Shown here: piece after piece, positions 51,869 to 63,567 of the stretch | Position numbering within the stretch: the first letter of the stretch is position 1 | Layout: every line of letters begins with the position of its first letter | Assembly: GCA_964106645.2 (NCBI GenBank) | Contig: OZ067047.1 | Source: Podarcis pityusensis | Lineage: Eukaryota | Direction: 5' to 3' (one strand) | Length of the DNA: 64,000 nucleotides | The notes under the pieces: generated by a model | Database searches by the model: none | Told to the model about the DNA's origin: nothing | Seen by the model: the letters and a program-made list of their open reading frames with translations, nothing else | Program-made: the position numbers and the translations under genes

Positions 51869-53100
51869 TTTTCATCAGAGGAAATGATGCCACAAGGGTG
51901 AGGAATCTCAGTTTCTGAGGCCAAACAGGGCCTTTCAGGCCTCCCTACCTGGCCCTCAAAGGGCCCCCCCCCATCACACTTTAGTTTTCTAGGCCGCAAC
52001 CATCACTTGCACTGCAAGTTGTTGTTTTTTGCCTAGCTGGAATATGCCCTTGAACTCTGAGAATCCTTCCTGGTTGCCTGCAGGGAGGGCAGAGAGGGGT
52101 ATTTGAGTGTGTATAGCCCACTGAACACATTCTGCCTCTAATCCTGTCCACTGCTGGCACGTGGTGGCCCTTGAAGCATGGTTCAGAAGGAAATGCAGCT
52201 TTCAGGCTGAATGTTTCCCCACCCCAATGCACTATCTCAAGCCATATGGCCATATTTCTCATTCTTGTATTGCGCTTACAGGTGGGGTTTTTTAAAATTT
52301 TAAAAAAAACCTTTTTCATTAAATTATACAAGAAAACATTCCTCCACAAATAATATCTAATTGAATAAAACATTAAAGATGAAGGGCGCATACTGCCATA
52401 AGGCAGTCTAAATATTATGTTGTTTAATAAACCAGAGTGCTGGTAAAAGGTTGCTCTTGGTAACAATGTGATCACTCAGTACAATTTATCAATGTTTATT
52501 TAAGAATGTAGTTGAATGAGGAACAAACAAAAAGCAATTTAATGCAGCAAACAGGCCACATGGTCCACTCCTTGCATAATTTATCTTTTATGACAGATTC
52601 CATTTTCTGCTGGTGGTATTATTATACAGAAACCCATCTGCATGGTGAAAGTGCATTCATAGCTGCAGCATAAACTTAACTTCATGGTAGCAACATTTAA
52701 TTTGAATGATATTATTCAGTTATCAAGGAAAATAAGCCACCCTCTAAGGAACTATGTATATTTAATTATGGCATAAGAAGCAGTTTTGAGAGCCAGAAAC
52801 GACAACACGTTTTGTGAGAAATAGACTATCATTTTCCAGAACCTCCAATATCTGTCATTGCAGGCCAGGGAGTCATCAGTCACACATCCAGACAAAGTCA
52901 AATAAGTCACAGTGTTGACACATAGTCACACAAACACCATTTGGCAATTAAATTTGGTACTGTAATGCCTAAGAAAGGCACAAGGAGTAATAAGCAACAG
53001 ATACATTATTTCATGAGAGTCACTATAGCTCTGGCTTGCGAAACAGGATACACACATTGGCTGTGAGGCGATCCCAACTGCAGCTTTTGATTGCTAGAAG

Positions 53101-54258
53101 CAGAGCCTCCATGCGCCTCTATTTTCCAGGGACGTCCCTGATTTAGAGAAGATATCCTGGTTTCTGATTTTATCCCAGAATGACCCTCTTTTCCTTAGGA
53201 TGTCCCTATTTTCATTGGAGAAATGTTGGAGGGTATGGAGTTATCCAACCCCTGAGCTGTCTGAAGGCAATCTTGTATAGAGAATGGGGTTTTTTTAATG
53301 TTTAACTATGGTTGGAGTTTTTTTTAAAAAATAACTTTTTATTGAGTTTTATAAACAAGAATGTTATACAAATAAGTATACCAAGTTTTCTCTTGTCATT
53401 TGTATATCACAAAAATAGCACTATAAATGTGGAGTGATATCTACAACATATGGTTCATTATTAGTGGTCAATGTGTAAGTTCTTGGTTCATGAATTGGTT
53501 TGAACAAAGGGGATACAGGATAGAATAGAGTTTTTCTTTTCGTTAAGAAGAAAAGAGGGGAGAGAGGGTGGGGGAATGGTAAGTGGGGTGGGGTTGGGTG
53601 GTTATGCTTCTATTCTTCTACTTAGTGTGGGGGGGGGGCGTTGTGTCAGCGTTACTTGTATGGGTTCTCTTACTATTCGCTTGTTGTAGTTCCATGGTGG
53701 TGTGAGAGGTTTGTGGTGGCTTAGGGTGTGGTTGGTTGTCTTTGGTTGGCTGCAGTAAGAATTGTTTTTGTGTGAGAGCGGGGTGTGAGTGTATATTTTT
53801 GAATTGGGTTAACCAGATTGATTTGTATGCTGTCAGCAGATTCTTGTTGTCTTGTTGGGCTGTGTATGTAATAAAGGGGAGCCATACCAGGGTGAAGGCA
53901 AATTCTTCTATTTGTCCCCGTGTCAGTTTCAGTTTATTGGTTAGTTTTTCTAATAAGGCTGTTTCCCATACTATTTGATACCATTGGTCCATGCTTACTC
54001 CTGACAAGTCTCTCCAATGTCCTGGCTATGATGTTTCTGGCTGCTGAGAGTAGGTGGGTTATGAGCTCTTTATGATGTGAGTAGGCATTATTATCTTGGA
54101 AGGTGTTTAGCAGGGCATTTAATAATGCTTTTATATATGTTGGAAGCTGCCCAGAGTGGCTGGGGCAACCCAGTAAGATGTGTGGGGTATAAATATTAAC
54201 GTTATCATTATGGAATGGGACGTCCCTATTTCCATTGGAGAAATGTTTAAGGGTATGT
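53101..54258. mobile_element. Second copy of the 51350 family, split by an L1 insertion
   Basis: Left half 53101-53305 and right half 54120-54258 together match 51350-51690. Confidence 0.6.
53335..54110 (-). mobile_element. L1/Tx1-clade LINE 3' fragment
   Basis: KELITHLLSAARNIIAR / MDQWYQIVWETALLEKLTNKLK...FTLVWLPFITY; long 3' UTR ending caataaaaa. Confidence 0.75.
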
Positions 54259-55668
54259 AGAAGACATTTACAGAAGGCAAATAACTGTTTGCAGTTCTGC
54301 TGATTGCAATGGGGAGGCCTCTGGCTGAGCTCATATTCATATATTGGCTTCAACATGTGCTTGGGATTAAATCAAACTAAAAGGTATGATTTGTCTGCAT
54401 GCTTCAAACAAGTCCCTGTAGGTTATGTCACCTCACCAGTCTTATAGAGTAGGGAAGGAGGAAAGCCAAGGTGAGGCTGCTTGGTCTGGGTTTGCTGGGC
54501 CAGGCTCAGTTCCCTCAGCTGGCTGAATTTAACAAGAGGTCAGTGCTATGTGCACTTCAGGAGCAATTGGCAGGACAGGGTTCCTGGGTTCCCCACCCCA
54601 AGCATTGCTGGGGGTTACAGAGAGGAAGCAGCGGCAGGGACTTGGGCACAGTGTGGGCATAGTGATGAGTGTGCTTGGCTCTGTTAGTGCTCCTGATACC
54701 ACCTGAGGACTGCCATCAACTACTTAACTGCCAGTCTTCAGCATTGTTAGAACTTCTGAGTACTTCCAGTTAAATGGTAGAGAGAGAGTGCACAACTCAT
54801 AGCATACTATTAATAATCCATGTGTTACTGGCCATCACGGAGCTGCTATCCAATGGTCTCTTCTTGGCTGCAGAAGGGTTTATTGTCCTCTCCTCTGTAG
54901 GCTACAGTCGCCACCAAAATTTCACCTAAAGTGAAATTTGAAGTGAATTTGAGGGAAGTGCCTCAGGGGACACATGGGATGCTTCCAGTCTGTTTACTGG
55001 GAGGTTGCTGCTCCTCAGGTGTGCAAGTTTTTTTCACAGAATCTGCATCACATTCCATTCTTCCTGTTTTATTAATTGCTTACATTCTCTTCCTTGTTTT
55101 CCCTTTGACTTTCTTTTTAAACCAACACAAACATTCTAACTTACTTCGTTCACAGCTCAAAGCGGATTCTTGTTCCAAATATACTATTGTTATTTTGGTG
55201 GTTTTAGTAGTGATGTTTAGCACAGGTCGTTGAATACTGTCTTTGTGTGATTTCCACAATTGCACATTGCTGTAGGGTTATGTTCTAGAATACTGAGAAG
55301 TGGGACACTGAGATTTTGCTTCTATATTTATGATTTTTATGAATTTCACTTAATTGTGGCATATTTATGGGCATGACTTCCCCAAAAGCTTATAGCTCAC
55401 TGATAAAGGATGGATCCAATAATGTATATACATTGTTGACAGGAATAGATTTAGAGTTTCAAAACAGCTATATTAAATTGTATAGGAAATAAAAGGATCC
55501 TATGGAGTGTGAATTTAAAATGTTCGGGTATTTCTTTCAAAGCCTTTGCAGATGGAAGAAATAAAGAATGTCATTAATAGTATGAGGGCTCGGAAAGCTC
55601 TGGAGACAGATGGCTTTCTTATTGAATGGTATAAGACATATTCAGACTCCTTGCTCCTTAGGTTGCTG

Positions 55669-55829
55669 CATGGGTGTAGTCAGGATTTATTTGGGGAGAA
55701 GCCTTTATGTTGGGGGCGGGGAAAGAACTGAGTTATCTGCAATGCAATTGGTCAGTTAAGTATTTTTATTTATTTACTTGATTTATGTAGGCAACTGTTC
55801 CCCTCTGCACTCTGCTGGCTACACCAATG
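55669..55829. mobile_element. Short hAT MITE inside L1
   Basis: TIRs catgggtgtagtcag / ctggctacaccaatg; TSD ggttgctg/ggttgctt (7/8). Confidence 0.8.
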
Positions 55830-56424
55830 GGTTGCTTACCTTTATTGAAATGCTTTTGGATCGGGTATCCTGCTATCTTCATTGTATGATATTCATACCT
55901 CTGTTATTCCCAAGCTTGGTAAAGTCCATGCTTGTTGTGCAAATTTTAGGCCAACTTCCTTAATGAATGTAGCTGCCGCAATGCTAACAACATTCCTTGC
56001 TAATAGACAGGGGCAGAGCAAGGTGGGGACAGACTACCCTGTGTGTAGTCACCGAGGGGGTGACATTTAGTGTGCTGCCCACCTGCGACTCCCACCTACC
56101 CTGAGCCATTGGGGGAAAGAGGGTAGTTGTGCCGCTTTTCACCGCTTCATTTTGACAGTCCCGTACTCCCGGAGGAGGCAGGCAGGCAGGGAGGGAGAGG
56201 ACAGGAAGGAGGCAGATGAGCAAACAAACGGAGGATGGAAGGAGAGAAGCAGAAGCTCTCTCAACTCAGGACCAAAACCCTGCAACCCCCCGAAAAGCTG
56301 AAGAACTTTTTCCAACACTCCCCTAAAAAAAGCTCAAGAACTCCTGGCAATGATAACGGGTAGATCACAGCCAGTCTTTTTATACTGTGAGTAGATCGCA
56401 GTCTCTTGGGAGTCCAACTAAATT

Positions 56425-57502
56425 CGTATTTTTCGCCCGTTTGGGGGGGGGGGGAATAAAGACCCCCCCCCAGTTTCCTCCGACCCCAGCCCCCAGAACA
56501 GGCTGCTATCCGCAAGCCTTGGGAGCCCGGTGGGAACTCCCACGGGCTCCCAAGGCTTGCGGATAGCTTCCTGAAAACTGGAGAGCGAAAGGGGTTGGTG
56601 CGCACCAACCCCTCTTGTTGGAAACTGGCCCCCTCGGGAAAGGCTGGCTCCTCTTCCCAGGCTCTAGGGGCCTGTTGCCGGGGACCTACCCTGGCTGGCA
56701 TCCTGGCAGACCAGGGAGGTCTGGAATAGGCGACACCTCCCTGATGAAAGGTGCACACCCCATTCCCCCTTGCATAGCAGCAGGAGAAAGAAAACAGTCA
56801 GAAAATAGTCTATTTCATTTCTACTTTATTCCTGACTGTACACTGTACAAAAAGCATGTCTTCTCACTCAGAAACCTCTGAGCAACTGCACCAGTCCTCC
56901 TGGACACAAACAATAGGAAGGTCTCATGTTACACAAAGAACATGACCCTGAGAATCGTCTGGAACATCCTGTCCCACGCTTAGACCCATCATGTGATGTA
57001 AACATCGAACTGCTTGTTCGCAGCTGCGTAGTACTCATATCATAACATCCTCCCCCATATGATTCGAAGCAAGCAGCGAACAATGCTTGATCCAGAGAAG
57101 AAAACAAACAGTTGTTATACACGTAATAATCCCCTGTTGTTTCAGTTCCACCTTTGGAACTACCTGCCACTGGTTTCACCAGTGTAACCCTCTGGTTGTC
57201 TGTTTTCCAAGGAATGAGAGCTTCTGCATTACCTTGGCTAGGGAATGTAGTGTTACATTTTGCAACTCCCCGGTGTGTCTTTGTCTCTGACTTAGATATA
57301 CCTTGAACCTGGCTTGAATTGTTAACTATAGTAACACACGCAATAGCTGAGTTAGCAAACTTTTGAGAGTACCTTTTGGGTGGAACGCCCTTTGTGACTC
57401 TCTCAGATCTGCAAAAGCCTGCATTCATCCCATAGGACGCACACACATTTCCCCTTCATTTTTGGAGGGGAAAAAGTGCATCCTATAGGGCGAAAATTAC
57501 AG
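56425..57502. mobile_element. Tc2-type element (27283 family) nested in hAT
   Basis: cgtatttttcgc left end; ...cataggacgcacacacatttccccttcatttttgga...gcgaaaattacag-TA right end. Confidence 0.7.
56673..57415 (-). mobile_element. LTR retrotransposon 3' fragment: internal remnant, PPT and 3' LTR (56673-57047)
   Basis: RSERVTKGVPPKRY post-integrase-like motif; PPT gggggagga directly before TGTT; LTR bounded TGTT...AACA with AATAAA inside. Confidence 0.65.
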
Positions 57503-57762
57503 TAAATGTGGGGGGTTGACAAAAAATTTCCGCACCGAGTACCACCTTACCTTGCTACGCCACTGCTAATAGACTTCAGACTGTGATAGAAACATCAGTA
57601 TACCCAGATCAGGTGGGCTTTATTCACCAAAGGCAGGGAGCAGAACATAATTCAAGGGTGATCCAAGATGGTTGCTTTAAATAGCAAAAGAACTGTTCAG
57701 TTGCAATTATTTCTCTTGATGCTGAAAAAGCATTTTTACAAAATATAGCATTAGAGTCTATG

Positions 57763-58010
57763 TCAGGGGTAGGCAACCTAAGGCCGATGGGCCACAAGCA
57801 GCCCACAGGGGTTGTTTAGCTGGCCCATGAGCCGACCCCGAACCAAGCCGCCCGCTCAGCGAGTCCCCGCAAGCTGCGCTAAACTGGCGCAGCACAGTGC
57901 AGGGACTTGCTTCTGCAGCGCTGGAAATTGTGTCTGCGCTTGCTCAGATGCCGAAATCACGTCTGTGCAAATGCAGACACCGGAAATTGAGGCCGCATGC
58001 GCTGACACGT
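57763..58010. mobile_element. Truncated hAT-type element
   Basis: caggggtaggcaacctaaggcc...gggccaca terminus typical of hAT/Charlie-like non-autonomous elements. Confidence 0.55.
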
Positions 58011-59210
58011 GGTTTAGACACCACCTACCAGGTTCTTAAAAACAAAACATTAACAGTTAATAGAATGTTGTAGTTTAGGTTCTTGTAACTAACAGAGATA
58101 TTATGTGTTCTTTCTTATGCCTGTCCTCCTAATTTATCTAGATTTCTTCTAACGGTAGTCTTGGCTACTGTATCATGGTACCAGAATGTCAAAACTGGTT
58201 TTGAAAACAGAAGAGCCAAAATAGTATGGAAACTCACTTTTAAAACAATAATGTCTGTAATAAATTGATAATTGAATACAGGTGTAGGAGCATGCAGATT
58301 TGCTGTGTTTTCCCTATTCTGCCCTGCAAACTATAATTAGGTGAAGAGATTCAATCAAGCACATTCTGTATAATCCTACCATTTAGAAATTATTTGAGGA
58401 AGTACATCCATTACTATAGTAATGACTTTTTTTTAATAGAATGAGTTTCATAGCATATGTAAAAACAGAAGCTTCTGTAAATGTGTTTCATTCTGCTTAT
58501 GCTATTTTCATGTGCTTTAATACTGACTTGCTTCGCCCACCACACCCAAAATGTGAGTATTCTCTATTTTTCAGCAAACGTTACTTTTCCCACGAGGGTT
58601 TTATATTTTGCTTAATGCAACAGTTCCGCCTTTTCACCCGTCTTTGAATTTAACTCATCCAAGTACCAAAAGCAGCCTACAATTTGGTGAAGTGGAAGCA
58701 GTTAACATGTTTGGAGCTTTCTGGATACCTACAGTTAGGTATCATGCAATATGTAGGGCCTACATAGTAACAAATTTGAGGCTTCCACATGTGAAAATGG
58801 TTCATGGAGGTACAAATAGTAGGAACAATTTGGTTTGGTTCATATTTTAATGTGAACCTACCTAATTCACTCTTCCTGAAACAATATGTGAACTGAAACA
58901 CAACTGATCCTTTGAAATTCACATTTCCACAATTTTTGTAATGCAGTTGTCAGACTAAAAATATGTGTACATAAATGCACCAACTAGTGTGAACAAAAAT
59001 GCATATATTATTGAAAGTAACACTGCAATGTGCAAAAGACAACAGACTCAGTTGTCAATAAATAATTCCACTTTAATGGCAAAGTAATAATTTAGACAGA
59101 TACAGTGTGCACACTTGCAAAAAATATATGCAAGCTGGTTTACAAGCTAGAAGAACAACAAATCAATAGAAAATACATCATCCAGTTAAGTCTGATGACA
59201 CCAAATACTT

Positions 59211-59351
59211 NNNNNNNNNNNNNNNNNNNNNNNNNNNNNNNNNNNNNNNNNNNNNNNNNNNNNNNNNNNNNNNNNNNNNNNNNNNNNNNNNNNNNNNNNN
59301 NNNNNNNNNNNNNNNNNNNNNNNNNNNNNNNNNNNNNNNNNNNNNNNNNNN
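59211..59351. other. Assembly gap (141 N)
   Basis: Run of n. Confidence 1.
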
Positions 59352-60139
59352 GTAAACTAGGTGGACTCATTGAGATGTATTGCAGGGAAATTTGTATTAT
59401 GTGGTACATACATACAGGTATTTTGTGTGTGTGCGTCAAAATGGCAGGAATTCATGGGTTTGCTTATATGTTGTTTCAGACCACATATATCATAAAGAGC
59501 AGTTGTTGTTTTAGTCATCTGCCAGAGAGTGGCATGTCATTTAACAATATGAGAAAGTAATCTAGGATTGGTGCCTGACTTCAGACTACATTCTTTGTGC
59601 ATAATATCAGAGTTTTATTTAGTAGGGCAATAGCACCATGCAGGGGACCTGTAGCTTCAGTGCTGCAGCAAGGAAAACTACACTGATTTCCTTGACTTTG
59701 TTTTATAAAGTAGATGGGCCACAGGAGTTTGTAGCACCAGTTACACGTCCTGAAGGTACTCACTGGCTAGCTGGATCTGGAAAGCAACCGTTAGCATCCT
59801 ATTGCAGTGAACGTGATGTGCTCAGAGTTGGCAATTTCAGGACTGTGGCTCTAAGTATACAAGTGCATGTCTACACAATGCCATAGCCCTTGTATTACTT
59901 CCGTTTATTTGAATTGGCATATCCAATTACTCTGATCAGTTTTCATTCAAACTGGTGTAGTCTGCCAGGATATACAACATTTTTGTATTTGCCTAAGATG
60001 TATTGGCTTTTATAATGTAGATTGAAACATGCTCACTCTAGCATGGATAGCTCCTGCATAGTCATAACAATTCTAAATACAGGACAAACACACCATTGTT
60101 TTTAAATATATATATTTTTAAAAACCTCCAGATTGTATG

Positions 60140-61828
60140 GTTTGCGCTCTGGATATTTTTAACTTTATTTTTTTTGCAACATACAGGTAATCTCAGTAAA
60201 TGAAACATCTCTTAACACCAACAAGATAAAATACAGTTTCTTATTTTTGTTGTTGCTGTCACTGTTGTTTGCTTTCATTTGTGCAAGGCTTTTTTTTTTT
60301 TTTAACATTAGAAGACCCTCCCAGTAGACTGTGCAAAACCAACCCCCCTCCCCCTTTACAGTATAAACTTTTCTCTCAACCACAGTGGACAATCACTGTG
60401 TCATAATGCTGAATTTCTTCATGTACAACAATTGCAATCAAAACAGCATGCTTCAAACTGGGGGGGGGGGGAATGAAGAGGAAGGGAAAAGAATAAAGAA
60501 ATATTTGTGCTCATGCTGCACCAAGTGCACCCAGCTCTGCTGGATAAGATTTTTTCCCAAAACACCTCTCTTTTAATAAGCTCTTTTTCATAGAACCAAA
60601 TGGACTTAAGCCAACTGTCTCAGGTTTTGTTATTAATCATTGTTTATTATTAGGAGTGGCTTCTGGGTCACTTGAATATTTTAGATGGTAATCTATTCAC
60701 ACAAGATAAAAAATACTATATATATATATATATATATAATCTATCTATATATCTATATCAATAGATCGTTCTTCTAGCCACTTCGTTAAAAAACATGATA
60801 TACAGAGATGAGGCTACTGTGTTCACTGATGCTCTCTCGTTAGTAAATGAAGAAAGAAAACAGTGTAAATAATCAATGGTTTAACAAATTAAACCAACTG
60901 TAAAATTGTTCTAGAAATCGGTTTTAAGGCAGTGAGACAGCACCATAGGAAATGTTCTCTTTTCCCCCCCACTGAAAAGGCTCGAAACATATGAAGCCCT
61001 AAGAAAGCCTTTACTCAGTGTCAGATAAGAATTGGTAAAAAAAAACCTTGTTAAGAGGTGGCCAGGTGTTTAAAAAATACCCTCGCAGCTAAAAACAAGT
61101 TGTATATAAAACAGATGATTTGTACAGGAAAACAACAACAACAACCCAGAAACCTTGGTGGACCACATCACTGCAAACTTGGCAGCTTAGTATCAAATTG
61201 GCACTTTTCCAGCATATATCACAGTAGCGTTTTCCTGGCAATTGCACAAAACTGTTTTGTGCTTTTATGGAGTTTCTTTCTGTATTTTCTTTTTCTTTCT
61301 CCAACTCATTTTGGAATGGGCAGCAGTGTACAATTCAAACACTACCGTTGTGTCTTGTAATGAGTGCCATGGGGCACCGGCAGAGGTTAGAGGACCAGGA
61401 TCGCAAAGACCACTAATGCAGCACCTCGTAGTAAATTGAAGTGTAAAAAAAACCAAAAGGCTTGCATTGTAAACTTTTGAGACAAGAAGAAAGACAGAAA
61501 GAAACAACCCCAAGGAGATTCCAGTTTGGCTAACACATGTGCAATCTGCTTAGTTGTCCCCCCTCCCCCTCCCATTAAAAGGCCCTTTCCAGTTGATTGA
61601 TGGAGTCTCACTCAGCTCCACTGATACTGAAATCTCTTGAAAATAAACTAATTCAAGCTTTCCATTTTGATTTGCTTTCCTGACTTTCTAGAGATAAGTC
61701 GACCGCCTATATATGACACAGCACTCACGCTCTCTCTCGGGCCACCCTGGCACGCGCTGCTTCGGCACTGCAGCAGTTAAAGCCGGGACAGTTGAACCAG
61801 CATCCTATATAACCAGGCCCGTTCCTCT
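60140..61828 (-). other. Probable 3' UTR
   Basis: TE-free, U-rich on minus, immediately follows the stop at 61829-61831. Confidence 0.5.
60164..60169 (-). terminator. Candidate polyadenylation signal AATAAA for the minus-strand gene
   Basis: tttatt on plus at the end of a TE-free AT-rich tract downstream of the stop codon. Confidence 0.45.
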
Positions 61829-61948
61829 CTAGAGAGTTGACTCAAGCGAGGGGTCCAGAATATCATCATGGTGACTAGCAGTATCGCTGTCGCAGCTCTG
61901 TGCGCTGGAGTAGCTGGCTGCTTCTTTGAGCCTCATTAGCATGTGCAT
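61829..61948 (-). CDS. Terminal coding exon of an unidentified host gene (MHMLMRLKEAASYSSAQSCDSDTASHHDDILDPSLESTL*)
   Basis: Strong acceptor catttccttgtttcttcctcAG, phase 0, 39 codons plus TAG, higher GC/CpG than flanks, protein-like composition, C-terminal E-S-T-L class I PDZ motif; upstream exons would be beyond the window. Confidence 0.72.
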   Translation of the reverse strand: MHMLMRLKEAASYSSAQSCDSDTASHHDDILDPSLESTL

Positions 61949-62111
61949 CTGAGGAAGAAACAAGGAAATGCTGGTGTCATTGCTGTTAAGAAGCGAAGGC
62001 AACAGTGGTTGTGTGTGAAGACCCATCAAACCCCCTCCAAAATAAATCACACAGGAAACAGAATATTTGTTTAGGATTTTTGGCATTAATTTGGCCACAA
62101 CTTTGTTTACA

Positions 62112-62760
62112 GCATGTGAGTGGTTGCTTAGCCATTGGTTCGGACTACCTGAACCTGCACCGGCAGGAACAGGACTGACAACTGGAAGTCAGTAAGGGAA
62201 AACAAACTGGGGGAGCAGAGAGGCAGATTTCCGCCTCTTAGTTCACCCCAGATGTTCCCAGGAACTCTGGCATGGTCCTACCCCTGAGAGGGGATCGGAC
62301 AGAGCAAATCGAGTCCCTGGATTCCTTTAACGGAATTCCCTAGCAGCAGCAACAAAATTGAGGAGCAGGCACAGCCAATCCATAATCCCCTCCACCAAAG
62401 GATGAACCAGTGCCTACCCGCCAACCTTACAAAGTTGTGACGATTTGCTACACAGTAGGCAAAAACCAAATGGCATCAGCCAAGTGGCAAAATTCCTACT
62501 GGGCCCCTGCTCCAAAAACAGACGGCCCCTAGATAGGCATAGCAAGGTCAAAAACACAACCTTAAATTATAGGGAGGGAGATCCACTGCACAATGCGAAA
62601 GAGGAAGTATTTCGCCACGTGCAGCCCCTTATGTGCCAATCAAACCCCAACCGACAGAAATCTGCCCCAGTAACAAAGGGGAGACCAATGAGGCAGGGAG
62701 GTCATCCAAACGGGCCCACCCCAGCAACAAGAAGGCAGTTTGGTGATCTCACCGCAACAT
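62112..62760. repeat. Unclassified interspersed repeat (copy B), intronic
   Basis: Colinear with 32895-33470. Confidence 0.7.
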
Positions 62761-63567
62761 GTGGCTCTCAATGATTTGGAGGACACGATCTCTGCTTTCA
62801 AGCCTTTGAGCAGGCAACAGGGACATGTGATGGGTTCAGCACTTTGAAAAACCAGTGCTGGCTGAGATGGCAAACTTTTGAATCCCTCTTCTTTTTTTAG
62901 AAGTCTCCACAGGCAGAGAGCAATGGAAACTTTGGAGAGAATCAAAGGCTGCAGGAATTCAAAGGTGTTTAAAGGACAGGGAGCTCTTGATCTGAGCCAC
63001 GATCCTGAATCCATTTTCCCAACGCCAAGGTAAGAATAGACTAGGCTTTTGGTGTCAGAATACACTGTGGGGATAAAAGGGAATGCAATCGCTTTTGCAT
63101 ACACAGTCACACCATCTTAGAGAAGAAGAGGAGGTGGGAACTGAAGTGGAGTGGACTGAAGCCAGCTGCTGGATACAAGAGCACCATCTGCTGCCCAGGA
63201 GCCGACCTTGGCAACAGAAAATAGCATGCCACAGCTGCGAGGCTGGTTTCCAGAGGAGCCTTTAAGCACATCTTACTTAACATCAAGAGCCCCGGAGAGC
63301 TGTAAGATGCTCAGTGCCTAAAATTACTGTAATTATAGTTGGTATTTAGAAATCGTCCCTCTCGCCATGTTGCTCAGGGAATTGATCTTACACCACCAGC
63401 ATTTTTAAATGGTGCATTATTTGAACGAAGTGCTTTGGTTTTTCTGAGCAAAGAAAAGTGGGCTATGTGCTTTCTCTTGCCCCAGTACCTTCTTCTCAGA
63501 TTTATTTGGGTCTTATCAGCTTTACAGTGGCCACAACCATATAGTATGCCCCTCTGCAGGATATATA

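Larger units (their letters stand above)
56008..57565. mobile_element. Non-autonomous hAT element inside L1, carrying further insertions
   Basis: TIRs caggggcagagcaaggt / accttgctacgccactg (14/17); perfect 8-bp TSD ctaataga at 56000-56007 and 57566-57573. Confidence 0.85.
55530..57760 (+). mobile_element. Degenerate L1-clade ORF2 (RT N-terminal region) interrupted by nested insertions
   Basis: Joined pieces read EEIKNVINSM..RKA..TDGF.IEWYK / VIPK.GK....NFRP.SLMNV...L...LANR / LQTVI...YPDQVGFI..RQG / AIISLDAEKAF. Confidence 0.85.

Noticed and set aside
56868-57446. 192-aa minus-strand ORF as a host gene
   Set aside because: Chimeric frame across MITE, LTR-element interior and LTR
59105-59560. 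ORFs of 151 and 99 aa
   Set aside because: They span the N gap and are artefacts
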